Below, in pieces: positions 26,517 through 41,327 of a stretch of DNA of 64,000 nt. Origin of the DNA: Octopus vulgaris. Lineage: Eukaryota. How positions within the stretch are numbered: the stretch's first letter is position 1; each line of letters begins with the position of its first letter. The position numbers and the translations under genes were made by a program. The stretch covers positions 74,834,001-74,898,000 of the forward strand of contig OX597822.1 in NCBI GenBank assembly GCA_951406725.2, given 5' to 3'. The notes under the pieces are model-generated. The model had not been told where the DNA came from. It did not search any database and was given only the letters and a program-made list of their open reading frames with translations.

Positions 26517-26742
26517 CTCATTAAGTCCCACTGTCATATAAATAGGACACTAAATGAAAACTTTAAATAAGCTATATCACATTGTCTCAGTGTCCTATTT
26601 ATAGGACACCGAGTATTTCCATTTCTACTTGAAGTAAAGAGTCTTAATAATTGATTTTTTTTTTCATTTTAGTCTATTTTCAATCATCTGTGAAAATTTT
26701 AAAGTAATGTTCAGAAATTTAAGTAGTCTGGGACTTAATGGC
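26517..26742. mobile_element. piggyBac-like MITE
   Basis: TTAA flanks; TIR cattaagtccca / tgggacttaatg; internal inverted repeat ataaataggacact / agtgtcctatttat. Confidence 0.7.
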
Positions 26743-27817
26743 TTAATAAAGAAAAGGTCATTGCTTCATGGATTGGTGGAATCGTTTGAGCATCGGAACT
26801 TCTAATATCTTCTGGTTTCAAATCCTGTCAAAACCAGTTTTACTTTTCATTCCACCAGAGGCTATAATATAAAATACGAGTCAAGTTCTGGGATTGAGTA
26901 CCTGATTACCGTTTTTACTCATCTTTAAAGCACACCCTTTATTTAGTGTTAAATCTTAGTATGATATGTTCTCCCTTCATTTTCAAATTTTGCCCCATGT
27001 TGAAATGGTACACCAGTCTTTTTGCAGTTAAAATCTAATATAAAATATAATAGTAAATTAAAAGCAATTTACTCCCTCTAAATTTCAAACCTTGCGTCTA
27101 TGTTATAACCAATTTCACCACCATCATGAGAGTAGGAGGTGATGGAGAACACCTTGCCTTTCGTTTTCATTTTCTTCACGTATCATCCTCTGATGATATT
27201 TTGCCAACTTCAATAGCGTCTGAGTTATTTTTCTTTACTTCCGCCATTTCATTACTTGTTTGTGTATATGTGTGTTTGTGTATCAAAAAGATATAAAAAT
27301 AAGACAACCTACATGCCTGTAACAGATGTATCTATTACACATGCAAATACACACACACATACACACACACACAGAATCTCTGAGTAATGGAAGGATTGCT
27401 TAGATGAGTAACTTCAGAGAAAATTGCTGAAATATACCTGTAAAAGCATTTATAGCAAAATGGTAAATGGATGCTGTGAATATAACATTTTTTTGTATCC
27501 ATCCCACTAGCCAACAATCCTTACACACAACTGTCACCAATACACAACTTGCTCATATATCAGCATCATCTGTCCATTTTCTTTATATATGTGTGTGCGT
27601 ATATATATATATATATATCTGTACAGAAAATAGGTGAGAGGTAGATATGCACAGTATATATATATACATCATCATCGTTTAACGTTCGCTTTCCATGCTA
27701 GCATGGGTTGGATGGTTTGACTGGGGTCTAGGAAGCCAGAAGGCTGCACCAGGCTCCAGTGTGATCTGGCAGTGTTTCTTCAGCTGGATGCCCTTCCTAA
27801 CGCCAGGATGCCCTTCT

Positions 27818-27994
27818 ATATATATATATATATATATATATTTGTTTATATGTATATTCATATATATATGTGTGTGTGTATGTATATATATATTTGTTTA
27901 TATGTATATTAATATATATATGTGTGTATATGTATATATATATTTGTTTATATGTATATTAATATATATGTGTGTGTATATGTATATATATATT

Positions 27995-28032
<38 letters not shown>

Positions 28033-28132
28033 TATGTGTATATATATTTGTTTATATGTGTATGTGTGTGTATTTATATATTTGTTTGTGTATACATATA
28101 TATTTGTTTATATATGTATATATATATATTTA

Positions 28133-28175
<43 letters not shown>

Positions 28176-28190
28176 CTTTGTGTGTGTATA
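27818..28190. repeat. Compound (TA)/(TG) microsatellite
   Basis: Repeated tatttgttta(ta)n units. Confidence 0.95.
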
Positions 28191-28229
28191 AATGTGTTAT
28201 GTGTTCAGTAAGGACCACTTAACTACTTG

Positions 28230-28510
28230 AAATTCAGTCACGAAAGGACGTGCTCCAGCCTCTTGCCTGCAGGTACCTTGTCTTCTTGCTCAGTCTTTTT
28301 TATCACTACTATAACAGTCTCTGTTCCGCATATGCACCAGTCAGGCACCTCAAAACTTTTTCTTTTCCACCTCCTGTCACTCTCAATGCGTTGAACCTTC
28401 TTGTCCCTGCACTAATCATTAATGATTAGTCCTTTTCCCCCACCCCCAGGAATATCATCTCTCTAGAATCTTCGCCCTCCTGTTGGTGTTGATCTGCAGC
28501 AGTGTGACTG
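28230..28510 (+). mobile_element. Degenerate CR1/Jockey-group LINE 3' fragment
   Basis: LQPLACRYLVFLLSLFYHYYNSLCS resembles the post-RT motif LQPL..RR.V..LSLFYRYY.G.CS. Confidence 0.55.
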
Positions 28511-29316
28511 GAACATTATTGGCAGTTATTAGCCACCTGCATCTTGGATGGTCTGCAAAGCTAATAGATGTGGTCTTTTCTTCAGACTCTACAAGGGAAA
28601 GAGAAAGATATATAAACACAGGCATGACTATGTGCTTCCCAACGACGTAGTTTTGGATTCAGTCCCACTGCATGGCATTTTGGTTGAGTGTCTTGTACTA
28701 CAGCTCCAAGCTGACCAATGTCTTTTGTGTAAATTTGGTAGATGGAAACTATGGATAGCTGTTATAAGCAAACACACACACACATGCATCCCTCACACTT
28801 CCTGACAACCAGTATTGATTTGTTTACATCCCCATAACTTAGCAGTTTGGCCAAAGAGATTGAAAGAATAAGTAGAGATTTTGTATGCCTTTCTTGATGT
28901 CATCCCCTCACCTGTTTCCAGTTGAGGTATAAACTTGCCCATCCCCGATCTATTGAACAACAGATTGTTTGGATATGGTTACCCAGAGAACTGGAAATAA
29001 ATCACATCACTTAGAAAGGACATTTGTTTATAAAGATTGCACAACGTCATGGTATGTTAACGAGCCTGGGGCCTGGATATGCTTCCCTGGTGGACAGCAA
29101 GCAAAGGACACCATCTGTATGACTGGACAATGAGGCTTTTGTTTACACTCAACAAGCACAAGGTAAAAGTGAGGGGTGAGCTCTAGGAATCAAAAGGCTG
29201 GAGCTGAAACTGGTTTCCATGGTGACTGAGATTATAACACTCCTTCCGGGACAGGGTGCTGGTCCATCGCAGGACTAACTCGGCTGAAACTTATTTACAA
29301 CTGAGTGAAATGGAAG

Positions 29317-29647
29317 CAGGGCTGTGGAGTCAGTCGATTAAGGGATAGCTGGAGTTGGGGTCAGTAAAATAAACCGCAATCAATTATATAGGGGTAGTTG
29401 GAAACAATTAAAGGGTAGTTGGAGTCAGTTGGTAAAACCATATCGACTGACTCCAACTCACAATATCTTTATTCTTTAATATAAACCAGTTATAACATAT
29501 AGGCCTACTCAGAGTACAAGCGTATGCATATGCTTTATGAGGTATGTAGACCACAATCACTTAATTATGCGAAGAGGAGTTGGAGTCAGCGGTACCAATA
29601 GTAGAGGAGTCAGAGTCAAAGTCTTTTGTTTCGACTCCACAGCCCTG
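29317..29647. mobile_element. hAT-like MITE nested in a V-domain SINE
   Basis: TIR cagggctgtggagtc / gactccacagccctg; 8-bp TSD aatggaag / actggaag; ggagtc subterminal repeats. Confidence 0.85.
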
Positions 29648-30727
29648 ACTGGAAGAAGATGAAATGAAGTGTTTCGCTGAACACAATGCACTGCCTTGTC
29701 TGGGAAGTGAAACCATGATTGTAAGCTCATGAGCACGGCATCGTAACCACTAGTTTGCATGTCTTCCTTCTGTTTGCATCTACTAATTTCACTTACAATG
29801 TATTATTGGTTGACCTCCTGCTATAATACAGAGCACCAGCTGTCAAAATCCTCACTGGAATCAACCCTCTCACCATGTGGCGCTGAAACGAACTTTTTAA
29901 CCACACAGCCATGCCCCTCTCTCTCTCTCTGTATGGATGCAGCGTGGTGAAAGAAGTAAGAAATGTTCCAATCGTAAGGTGCTGGATTTGATCCCAGTGC
30001 TTGGCATTTTGTGCAGCTGTTATCTTTAAGCATAGCTGTGCATCTATCCAAACTTGGTGATTGGACATGGGTAGATAGAAATTGTTTGGAAGATCAAAAG
30101 CTGAATTGTACCTTAATTTAAAGGTCTAATTTCTGTCTCTCTGTGTCTTCTAGTCTCTCTCTCTCTCTCTTTCTCTCTCCATTCCTGTAAAAGTGCATGG
30201 CTCAGTGGTTAGTGTCGGGCTCACAATCATGAGGTGATGAGTTCAATTACTGGACCGGGCAGTGTGTTGTTTTCTTGAGCAAGATACTTTATTTTTTGTT
30301 GCTCCAGTTGCAACATCACTAGAGCCAGGCTGTATTGGCCCCTTTGCCTTTCGCTTGGATAAAATAAGTGGCGCTGAGAGGGCAGGCTGGTATGCATGGG
30401 TGACTGCTGGTCTTTCATAAACAGCCTTACTTGAACTTGGAGGGGAACTTTCTAGGTGCATTCCCATGGTCATTCATGACCGAAGGGTGTCTTTACCCCT
30501 TTTATATATTTCGCTTAGGTAATGTGATACTAATAACCTGGTGTAAAACTCAATACACATATACTGCAGAATGAAGCGTTGGCCGAGTACAGAGCTGTAA
30601 TAAAAAAAATGCGATGACAAAGAAATAAACTGTTATCTTATGACCCTTCTTGTGAAGTTCATAAGGTAACTATTCCTTTGTTATCTCATTTTCTTATACA
30701 CACACACACATACACACACACACACAA

Positions 30728-30761
<34 letters not shown>

Positions 30762-30967
30762 CATCGTTTAACATCCACTTTCCATGCTGGTATAGGTTGG
30801 ATGGTTTCACTGAGGACTGACCAGCCAGGAGGATGCACCAGGCTCCAATCTGATCTAGTTGAGTTTCTACAGCTTGATGCTCTTCCTAATGCCAACCACT
30901 CAGCAGAGTGTAGTGGGTGCTTTTTACGGCACAAAGGCCAGTCAAGCAGCACTGGCATTGATCATGC

Positions 30968-31012
<45 letters not shown>

Positions 31013-31018
<6 letters not shown>

Positions 31019-31245
31019 AAAATAAGGTACACTGAAATCTGGATGGTTGTACATTTACAGATTTTTATTAATATGTCACATGTTTTTATAAATCATATAT
31101 TAGTACTTGCATCTGCTAGAGTAGATGAAGAATCTACTAGAGTAGATGCAAGCACTAATATATGATTTATAAAAACATGTGACATATTAATAAAAATCTG
31201 TAAATGTACAACCATCTATATTTCTGAGTACCTTATTTTTTCTAA
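31013..31245. repeat. Foldback with about 100-bp arms next to (TA)n
   Basis: gatggttgtacatttacagatttttattaatatgtcacatgtttttataaatcatatattagt is mirrored at about 31154-31216. Confidence 0.9.
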
Positions 31246-31827
31246 TATATAATACCTGTACATCACCTTCAAACCTTCTAATACATATAACTGTGTGGTT
31301 AAAAGGCATCTTCCCAAACATGTAGTTTTAGGTTCAATCCCACTGCATGGCAAGTGTCTTTAATTATGCCTTGGGCCCCCCAACACCTTGTGAATGGAGA
31401 CTGATTAGATATGTACCATGCTTAAAAAAATTAGCTACTGGGTCAAAAGCACCAAGTCCACTCTGCTGAGTGGTTGGTGTTAGGAAGGGTATCCAGCTGT
31501 AAAAATCCTGCCAAAAGTTACAGAAATCTGGTGCAGGCATCTACCTGGCCAGCCCTTGTGAAACCATCCCACCCATGCTAGCATGGAAGGCAGATGTTAA
31601 ACAATGATGTTTAGAGTGTAGCTTATTGGTAAAAAATATTAATGTATGTGTGTTTGTTTTATTAGAATAACTATTTTCCAGGGTTGATGGAATTGAAGAA
31701 TGGTGTTTGAGTGTGAATGGCTAGAATGGCTACATTGTTTATATCAGGGATTGCAAACTTTTTTTATCCCAGTATGTCAAAATTTTAATTTCACTTTTAA
31801 TCATGTTATTGAAGAATCACATATATG

Positions 31828-31995
31828 CAGGGGCGTATCTAGGGTAAATGGTGCCCAGGGCAAGCATCAAAATTGCATCCCCGCCCCAACCAAAAAGTGG
31901 CTTAATTAAAAAATTATCTTGGCCAAAGTTGCACCCGCCTCAAAGTGGCAACCAGGGTATGTGTCCTGTTTGCCCCACCCTAGCTAAACCCCTGC
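31828..31995. mobile_element. Short hAT-like MITE
   Basis: caggggcgtatctagggt / accctagctaaacccctg; 8-bp TSD catatatg / cgtatatg. Confidence 0.7.
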
Positions 31996-33657
31996 GTATA
32001 TGTATATGTTGCATGGCCTCAGTGCTAGTCTGGGCAAGATTATTTTTGAGGAATACTAGCAGTTGCTCATTACATACAAGTCTCCCTAAGCATAGCTGTG
32101 TGGTTAAGAATCTTCTTTTACAACCACATATCTTTGGTTCCAGTTCCACAGTGTGGCACTTAAAGTAGGTAACTTCTGTAGTTTCAGGCCAATCAATGCC
32201 TTGTGAATTTGGTGGCAGAAACTGTGTGGAAGCCTGAAAACTGTATGGAAACTGTATAGAAGCCTGTTTCTGTGTGTGCATATATATATGGCACAAAGGT
32301 TATATTATGAACTTAACATAACCATTGTTTTTCCTTTGTCATTTCTTTTTCTTATTATTCTTCAGGTGTCTTGGGGAAATAATGTACATAATTCCTCATC
32401 TCTTAAATATAGAACTGTATTATCTAATCGGTATGGAGCCGACATGAGACTTCAATGGGGGAAAAATAACACCTTAGGAATGAGAACCCAGGTTTGAAAT
32501 TTCCCCAAGACCCCTGAAGAAGGCTGGAGGGTATATCAGCCAAACATGTTAACAACAAACAAGATGAGAACAAATATCTGTCGAATGTAAATAATACTCT
32601 AGACTTATCTGACACTTTTTTCTGAAACATATATTGAGTTCTACACCAGTTATTAGCCTTGCTATGCCTAAGTGAAAATATACCCCCCCACACACACACA
32701 TACACGTGTGTGTGTATATATAGACATATATATGTGTGTGTGTATATATATATATAGACATACATTCACGTGTGTATCTGTTTTTTTGTTTTTTGACTTC
32801 CACCAGTTGACAACTGGTGTTCGTTTGTTTATGTCCCCATATCTTAGCAGTTTGGCAAAAGAAACTGATAGAATAAGTGACAAAGTTTAAAAAAAAAAAA
32901 TAAGTGCTGGTGTCGGTTTTTTTGACTAGATCCTTCAAGGCTACACTCCAGCATGGCCTCAGTCCCACAACTGACACAAATGAAAGATGAAAAGTTATGC
33001 ATGTGGTCGGAATAACTGACATTGTCTGTAGTGATGGGGTGGGGGTGGGGGAGAAAAGTGTGTGTGTGTGTGTGGAGGGGGATGTAATGGTTATATGACC
33101 ATGACTTTAGTGATTGTGTCTGAGTGTGTGGCTCAGGCTGGAATAAGTATTTCCGTGCTAAGTGATGTCAGCAATCAGGGATTGTGTGTGGTGGTGGTGG
33201 GGGTAATGACTAATAGTGTCTCCAGTCAGTTGTGTTATTTACGTTTTTTAATGTTCTGTGGTGGTGTTGTATATGATGTGGACAGGGTGGGGGAGGGGTA
33301 TGTTTTGTGTGGGTGGCTTGTTATTGTTTTCGTTTACTGTTATCATTGGATTTCCTTGCACAATGGAGCTTGTTGTTGAGGAAGGTCTTTTCACACAAAT
33401 ATGTGCCTACGCAAGCAAAACCATGTGTTCACCCACCCATATACATATGTATACACCATTTTGTTATATGTGTGATGTCTGGGATCCGAGCCAGCTGATT
33501 CTGTGATACTGGTTCAATTCTCCTGTTGAGCTATTTTCAGTTCATTCACTCTGCTTAGCTAATAATATTTCTTACAATTATCTCAGTTTTTATAAGAAAT
33601 CAGCCATCATCACCATCATTGTTGTCATCCTTGCCATCATCATTTGTCTCTCGATTG

Positions 33658-33926
33658 CAGTGGTTCCCAATCTTTTTCGGGCTACTGCCCCCTTGACAGC
33701 TGGATCACATTCCTAGTGCCCCCCACTCCAACTAACCATCACAAACATTGACCACTTTCTGAATCAAATTCAAAGCAACTGTAATTCACAAATAAAACTT
33801 AACCAAATGAACCCATTATTTTGTTATGAATCGCTACCCCATTATCGCCCCACTTTTCTTCAAAGTCCCCTTGGAACTTTCCACCCCTACCGGAGGGGGC
33901 AATACCACCCACTTTGGGAACCATTG
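33658..33926. mobile_element. hAT-like MITE (same family as 60386-60998)
   Basis: TIR cagtggttcccaa / ttgggaaccattg. Confidence 0.8.
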
Positions 33927-36900
33927 CTATATTGTAGGATACACTCTAACCTCTTGCCTGGCACACAGTCACTTCTCTCACTTTTATTCCCTCTTTCAGC
34001 TGAGAGGTCTTTGTCTTGATGGCTACTTGGCAACCTCATTGGTGCTTGTGCCACATAAAAAGGACCTGTTGGTGTCACAGGAAAAGCACCCATATTGGTG
34101 CCGTGTAAAAAGCACTTGTGCAGGTACCATGTGAAAGTCACTTGTGCTGGTGCCATGCAAGGAGCATTCATTCTGGTGCTATACGATAATAAGCATCCAT
34201 TCTGTCCCATGTAAAAAGCACCTACTACACTCTGTTAAGTGGTTGGCATTATGAAGGGCATCCAGCCATAGAAACCATACCAAAACAGACAAATGGAGCA
34301 TGGTGCAGCTTTTCAGCTCCTGTCAAACCGACTAATCCATGCCAGCATGGACAATGAACATCAAATGATGTTGATGATGATGAGCATATCATCATGATCT
34401 TTGTTGTCATCATCATCTGTCTTTTTTCCTTATGTGCATGGGTTGGACAGGTTTCAAGCATATTTTTCCCTGTAGCAACATATACCAATTGCAGCATGGC
34501 CTGGGAACTGTTATTTCTCTCTGGTCATTTGGACAAATAGAGGTTCCTTCAATAAGTACCAGTCTTAAAACCAGTGATTGGTATAATATCATACTGTACT
34601 CTTCTTTCAAAATGTCCAGTTTTGTGTTTTTCTTAGGAATTCTCATCATCCACTCCTGTATAACTTTTTTCCAGGTCTCTTAGAGCTCTCTTGTGATATG
34701 AAAGGACTCATTGTTCAAAGAATCCTTTGACCTCTGATTAGCCATTTTTGGTGAATTGTCATTAGTAAATAACTCTTTCTGATCTCTTTGAGCTTAGATA
34801 TGAAGAATTCTTTCATCTGTACATCAGCTAAACCTATCATGTCTTTATTGTTGAGTTGCTATCCTGAAATTTAAGATTTGGTCTTTTTAAGATCTTGTTC
34901 CTATGAAGAAAACACTGTACACTAGTTTGCGATTAGCTTAATTTTGTAAATTCATTAAATAGTGTATATCTTTTATCTTTACTTGTTTCAATCATTGGAC
35001 TGCAGCCATGCTGAGGCACCACCTGGTGGGGTTTAGTTGAATGAAAACACCTCTGGATCTACTTTCTAAGTTTGGAACTTACTCTATTGGTCTTTTGTGC
35101 CAAACTGCTAAGTAATGGGGGCATAAACAAACCTACACTGGATGTCAAGCAATGGCAGGGAACAAACTTAAACACAAAGACACACACACACACACAATAT
35201 ATACGCAGTTTTCATCTGACAGGGCTATAGTAGAAGACACTTGCCCAGGGTGCCACACAATGGGACAGCCTGAAACCATATGGTTACAAAGTTTGTTTTG
35301 TAACCACACAGCTACACAACCTTGCCTTGATCTTGGTTAATTTGTAAGTTTTTCTTTTTCAAGGCTGCAAAGAGGAAACTTATCTGCTGTTACTGATATT
35401 TTAACTGTAAATATTTCGTATAGCAGTTCTTATTTAAAAAAAAAAAAAAAAATTTTGTGACGGAAGCACTTTATGCCCCACCCCACCAATCATCTTTCCT
35501 TCAGTAAGCTCTATGTTGTTGTTTCTACTGTTTGGTTGCTTGACTACTTCACTCATAAACAGGTGGTAATGGTGCTGGTCTTGTGTAGGTGTTGTTGTTG
35601 AGGATGGCAGTGTGGTGATGTCAGTAGTTCTGAGTTGTGTTGCAAGCACCGTGCTTTTAGATCAGTTTGCATTTTAGCTGCTACTGGCAGACAACTTACC
35701 ATTCTGCTACTAGCAGCAGCTACTTTCAACTATTGCCATAGGCAACTAGAAGAGCTGGTATTTTGGAACAGGTGTGGGATGGGCAGAGAGGATATATCCC
35801 ATAGTTCTTTGTAACGATAAATGCATCTCATAAATCCCTTGTGAATGTGAACTTGAAAGTTTAAGGCAGAAGAAATAAGGCGAAAAATAAACTGGAAATT
35901 AAGAAAGTATGGCAAGAGTTACAAAGTGATTCAATGTTCTTGAGTTCTGCCGATTAAAAATAATGTATGTCTGTCTGTTTGTTAGTGTATGTCTTTAATC
36001 TTTTATCGTTTGCTTGTTTCAGTCATTAGACTGCAGCCATACTGGGGCACCGCCTTGAAAAATTTTTAGTTGAATGAATTGACACCAGTACTTACTTTTA
36101 AGCCTGATACTTTATCAATCTCTTTTGCTGAGCTGCTAAGCTATGGAGATGTAAACAAACCATCACTGGTTATCAAGTGGTGGTGGCGGGGACAAACACA
36201 AAGACACATAGATATATGTCTATATATGTCTACCAGATCCACTCTCAAGGCTTTGGTTGGCCCCAGGGTTTAGTAGAAGACACTTGCCCAAGGTGCCATG
36301 CAGTTGGGAAGCTGACTTCTTGCAATCGGCCTAGAAACAATTTAGCATTAAACTGAAGAATTATTTGATACTTTCTGGCGAGTATGTATTTATTATACTT
36401 TTACAAGGAGAGTGGTGACAGTGACTTCGAAGTTTCAGTTTGCTAGACAACTATATGTGTACCTGTTCACGTATGTGTATATACATATATATATATATGC
36501 ACATGCACACATATATGTGCATCATCGTTGTCGTTTAATGTCTGCTTTCCATGCTGGCATGGGTTGGATGGTTTGACTGAAGACTGGAAAGCCAGTGGGC
36601 TGCACCAGGCTCTAATCTGATCTGGCGAGGTGTCTACAGCTTGATGCCCTTCCTAATGTCAATCACTCCGAGAGTGTAGTGGGTGTGTTTTACGTGCCAC
36701 TGACACAAGGGCCAGTCAGGTGGTACTGGCACCAACCACGCTAGAATGGTGCTTTTTATGTGCCACTGGGACAGGAGCCAGTCAGGTGGCACTGGCTTGA
36801 ATGGTGTTTTTTATGAGCAAAAAAAAATGTACAGATATATACATACATACATACATCTTTCAGTTTCCAGCTACCAACTCCACTCATAAGGCTTTGGTTT

Positions 36901-37109
36901 GGTTAGCCCTGGTGCCACACAGTGGGACTGAACTAGGACCATTTAATGGACAAGTGAATTAATAACTTACACAACCATGACATTTGAGTTTAGGTTAAAT
37001 TTGACAGTTTGCATAAAAGGAAATAACAAAACAATATCCTATCTAAAAATAAAAGGATTTTAGAAATATAAATTAAAAAATATCAACAAGATTATGACTG
37101 TGAGATAAG

Positions 37110-37745
37110 TTTGCTAAATGGAGCTATCCTCAACTTCCATGATGACCTCAAAGCAGCTTCAGAACCTAGCACATATGTTTTTCACTGTATCCCTGGGAAG
37201 ATCTTCAAATGCCTCCTTGATCTCGGTCACCAGTTTGGTCTTGAGCGGTTGGTGTCTTTCTCAACTGCGTCCCATACATAGTAACCAATGGGACTACAAT
37301 CAGGGAAATTGGGGGGCCAGAAATTGGGGCTGCTGAAATCCTAGAAATTCTCTGGCAACCATTTCTGATTTGTTCCGCAAGAAGCAACCCTCTCCAGCCA
37401 GGGTTTGACCACAGTCTCCAGCAACTTTACATAGCCGTTTGAATTGAGCCTAAAGCCCTGCACAAAGATGGAGAGTGGGCATAATGTCACCGTCACTGGG
37501 GACACACCCCAAAACCACCACAGTTTGCTGACCATGGCTTCATAGTCTCCGTTGCAGCTATCCATGTCATGTCTTACAGCTTTTACAGGTGTTCACAATG
37601 CACTGAGTATCAGTTATGATATTGGCATTTTGATACCAGGTGCAAATCATCATGATACAGGTAACTCTTTGCCAATATTCAAATGGCTTCCAATCCTCCA
37701 TTTTGCCTAACCTTTTCTCCACTACAACTTTGATGTTTATGCTCT
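37110..37745 (-). pseudogene. Degenerate Tc1/mariner transposase
   Basis: GYVKLLETVVKPWLERVA...QKWLPENF, followed by a frameshifted WPP..PD..P-like motif and IKEAF..LP...VK..C.RF. Confidence 0.7.
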
Positions 37746-39550
37746 CCAATGCTCTTTTACTCTTTGACTTGTTTCAGTCATTTGGCTGTGGCCATGCTGG
37801 AGCACCGCCTTTAGTCGAGGAAATCGACCCTAGGACTTATCCTTTGTAAGCCTAGTACTTATTCTATTGGTCTCTTTTGCTGAACCGCTAAGTTACGGGG
37901 ACGTAAACACACCAGCATCGGTTGTCAAGCGATGTTTGGGGGACGAACACAAACAAACATATACACACACACACATATATATATACATATATATATATAC
38001 AATGGGCTTCTTTCAGTTTCCATCTACTAAATCCACTCACAAGTCTTTGGTCGGCCCAAGGCTATAGTAGAAGACACTTGCCCAAGGTGCCATGCAGCGG
38101 GACTGAACCCAGAACCATGTGGTTGGTATCACCAATACATCAAACTATTTCTGTAAAACAGGAGATAAATTTCTCAAATTTAGCCCCTACACATATATAC
38201 TCGTCAGAGTACATTTTTTCCATACATTATGGTAATATTCATGACTACTAGCCAATAGGCCCCATGTGCGGTCCCTTGGTCTGCTAGAAATAGTGACCAA
38301 ATCTCTTTCAAATCACACTAGACTGTCTTCAGACAAAATAGACATATTAGGCAAAACAGTTATTTCTAGACATAATAAAAAAAAAATGAGATGGCTATGG
38401 TTGGAATGTCTACGATCATAGGTCTATTGAACCAGGGCTGACTTGGCATCATGAATACCAAATATGCCAATACCACCATTGACAATAACAAAAGCAATAA
38501 TAACTACCTCAGCAAGATATCTCTCTGTGACTTAATCTGACCTAATTTCTGTTGAGCACTGTGTTGGGATTGGTTGTGTCTAAAGGATAAATAAACCTTC
38601 ACCTGTATACACTCCTGTGATTATTTAAAACAGGTAGTCTGGTCTACATTCCACTGCCTTCTCCACCCACCCATTCATCTACCCAGCAGCTGGGTATAAA
38701 ATCTGTCCTGTCTGCTTGTCTGTCTGTCTTATTTTCATTACAATGCTAAACTGTTGATTGCTTGCTATATTACACACCTATGTTGCTACCTGTATAGAAA
38801 TCACCACACCATATTGCACTCGGTAAATGTTGCTGCACCACTGCAAATGTTATCTCACTACTATGTTTTATATACAGCGTATATGCCATGGACACACGAC
38901 CTAGTGGTTCGGGTGTTGCACTCAGGATTGCAAGTTCCTGGTTTCAATTCCTAGACTGGTTGGTGCATTGTATTCTTGTGGTTCACCTTGCCACCTATTC
39001 AGGCAATGTTGATTTGATGGAGGGACTGTTCTAATGTACAACACATACATCTGATCACTATAAACAACTTGTTTGTGCAGGTCGTTTGGCTAAAGCTGAA
39101 CACTCATCCGTTGTCTTCAACCCACACATAAGCTGACTCACTGTATAGGCCGAAAACATTGGTTTTAATATATCAGGCATATATCAAGATGGCGGAAGTG
39201 ATAGAATTGTTAATACACTGGGCTAAATGCTTAGCGGCATTTCATTTGTATTTATTTTCTGAATTCAAATTCTGTTGAGGTTGGCTTTGATTTACATACT
39301 TTTGGTGGGGGTTGTTAATATAAGTACCAGTTGATCACTGGGGTTTATGTAATCGACTCACCCCACCTTTCCCCGAACTTGCTGGATTTGTGCCAAAATT
39401 TGAAACCAATATGTCAGGTATATAAGCTGAGAGCAGCATCATCGTCATCATCATTATTTAGTGTCTGTTTTCCATATTGGTAGGATTGGACAGATTGACA
39501 CAAGAGCTAGTAAGGTCAAGAGCCACACCAGGTTTTGGCATGGTTTCTAT

Positions 39551-39816
39551 CAGGGCTGTGGAGTCGGAGTTGTGGAGTCAGTCAGAAACAATTAAGGGGT
39601 AGTTGGAGTCGGTAAAACTATACTGACTCTGACTCACATTATCTTTATTCTTTAATATAAACCAGCTATAATATATAGGCCTACTCAAAGTACAAGCGTA
39701 TGCATATGCTTTATGAGATATGTAGATCACAATCATTTAATTACATAAAGAGGAGTCGGAGGTGCCAATAGTAGAGGAGTCAGAGTCAAAGATTTTGTTT
39801 TGACTCCACAGCCCTG
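39551..39816. mobile_element. hAT-like MITE (same family as 29317-29647) nested in a family D element
   Basis: Same TIRs; TSD gtttctat / gtttcttt. Confidence 0.85.
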
Positions 39817-40450
39817 GTTTCTTTGGTGTATGCCCTTCCTAACACCACCCATTTACGGAGTGTACTGGGTGCTTTTTGTGTAGCTCCAGCAGTGGTGCCT
39901 TTTACATGATGCCATTGCTAGTGCCTTTTGCATGGCACCATCGCCAGTACCTTTTATCTAGCTTCAGTACCAATTGATCTCGAGAAAAATTTTGAAGTTA
40001 AAAAATTATTAACGAACTTCAACGGAATCTTTGCGACTCATGAATTTATCGTAAACATTTTGCCAAATGTGGTAACAATTCTGCTGACTTGCCACTTTAA
40101 CATGCTTATGTATTAGAATGCAAAATGTTCCCCTCTCACGGAAAGAAAACTTATGAGATCGATATTGATTCAATTGCAAAGCATTCTGGATTTCCCTTCT
40201 TTTGTCTTGCTTTAATAACTGTTTATTGCTTTTATATCCTTCCATAAAAAAAAATGTTTTTAACTTTCAATATGTTCTGGGCTTCCATAACATACAATTC
40301 ATTTGAAATGTTAATAATATAATTCCATTTGTGGTTCGCTTATTATAATTAGATTTTTATGTTACTTTTATGTTTTTGGTCACAAGAGGAAACAGAGAAT
40401 AGGAGAGAGTGTGTGTGTGAGAAGCTGCTATACACAACACCAATGATTGA

Positions 40451-40481
<31 letters not shown>

Positions 40482-41267
40482 GGAGTTGATGTGAGTTGAC
40501 TGGGTTTTAGTGATAATGTGTGTGTGTGTGTGTGTGTGTATGATGTGAATAGAAACTAGATAAATTAAGAGCAATAATGACAGACGATTGAGAGAAAGAG
40601 AGAGAGAAAGGAAGTTATTAACGTTTGTCCTATGAAATACAGAGAAGAACAAGTAATAAAAGAGAATTACATAATAAGCAAAACTCCAAACTTGAAATAA
40701 AAGCAATAAAACTGTGATGGAAAAAAGAAAAACAAAGAAAAAGCCAGAAAGCAAGAAGAGCAATTGTCTCTCTCGGTTTGATTTGTGTTTGTAATGGTTG
40801 TAAAAAGTTGTTGAAACTTGTTTTCTATCTGTGCTGCTCACATGGGGGGGAGGGGCTGGCAGTGGAGGCGGCGGCGATACTGGTGGTGGTGGTTGTGGTG
40901 GTGATGGCCTTTAGTGGTGCTGGTTGTGATACGGCTGCTGAAGATGATTTTTAGTAGTGGTGGAATTGGTATCGCCCATGGTGATAGTGATGATGATGGT
41001 GGCAGCACTGATGGTGACAGTGGGGCTGATGGGGATGGTTTTTACTACTGGTGGTATAATGTTGGTGGTAGCTATTCTCATGGGAGATAGTTTTTTTTTT
41101 TACAATTACTGGTACTGATGAGATTAGTTGTTTCTTAGCCCCAGGGTAGCCCTGACCTGATTAAGTAGATCGATGATCAAAAACATTCCGTCTGAGCCTG
41201 GAGTTTCCAACTTTTTCTATTCCATTGACTCTTTGAAAGCAAATTTATTCCCATTCCATTTCGTTCA

Positions 41268-41309
<42 letters not shown>

Positions 41310-41327
41310 TTATTATTATTGTTATTA

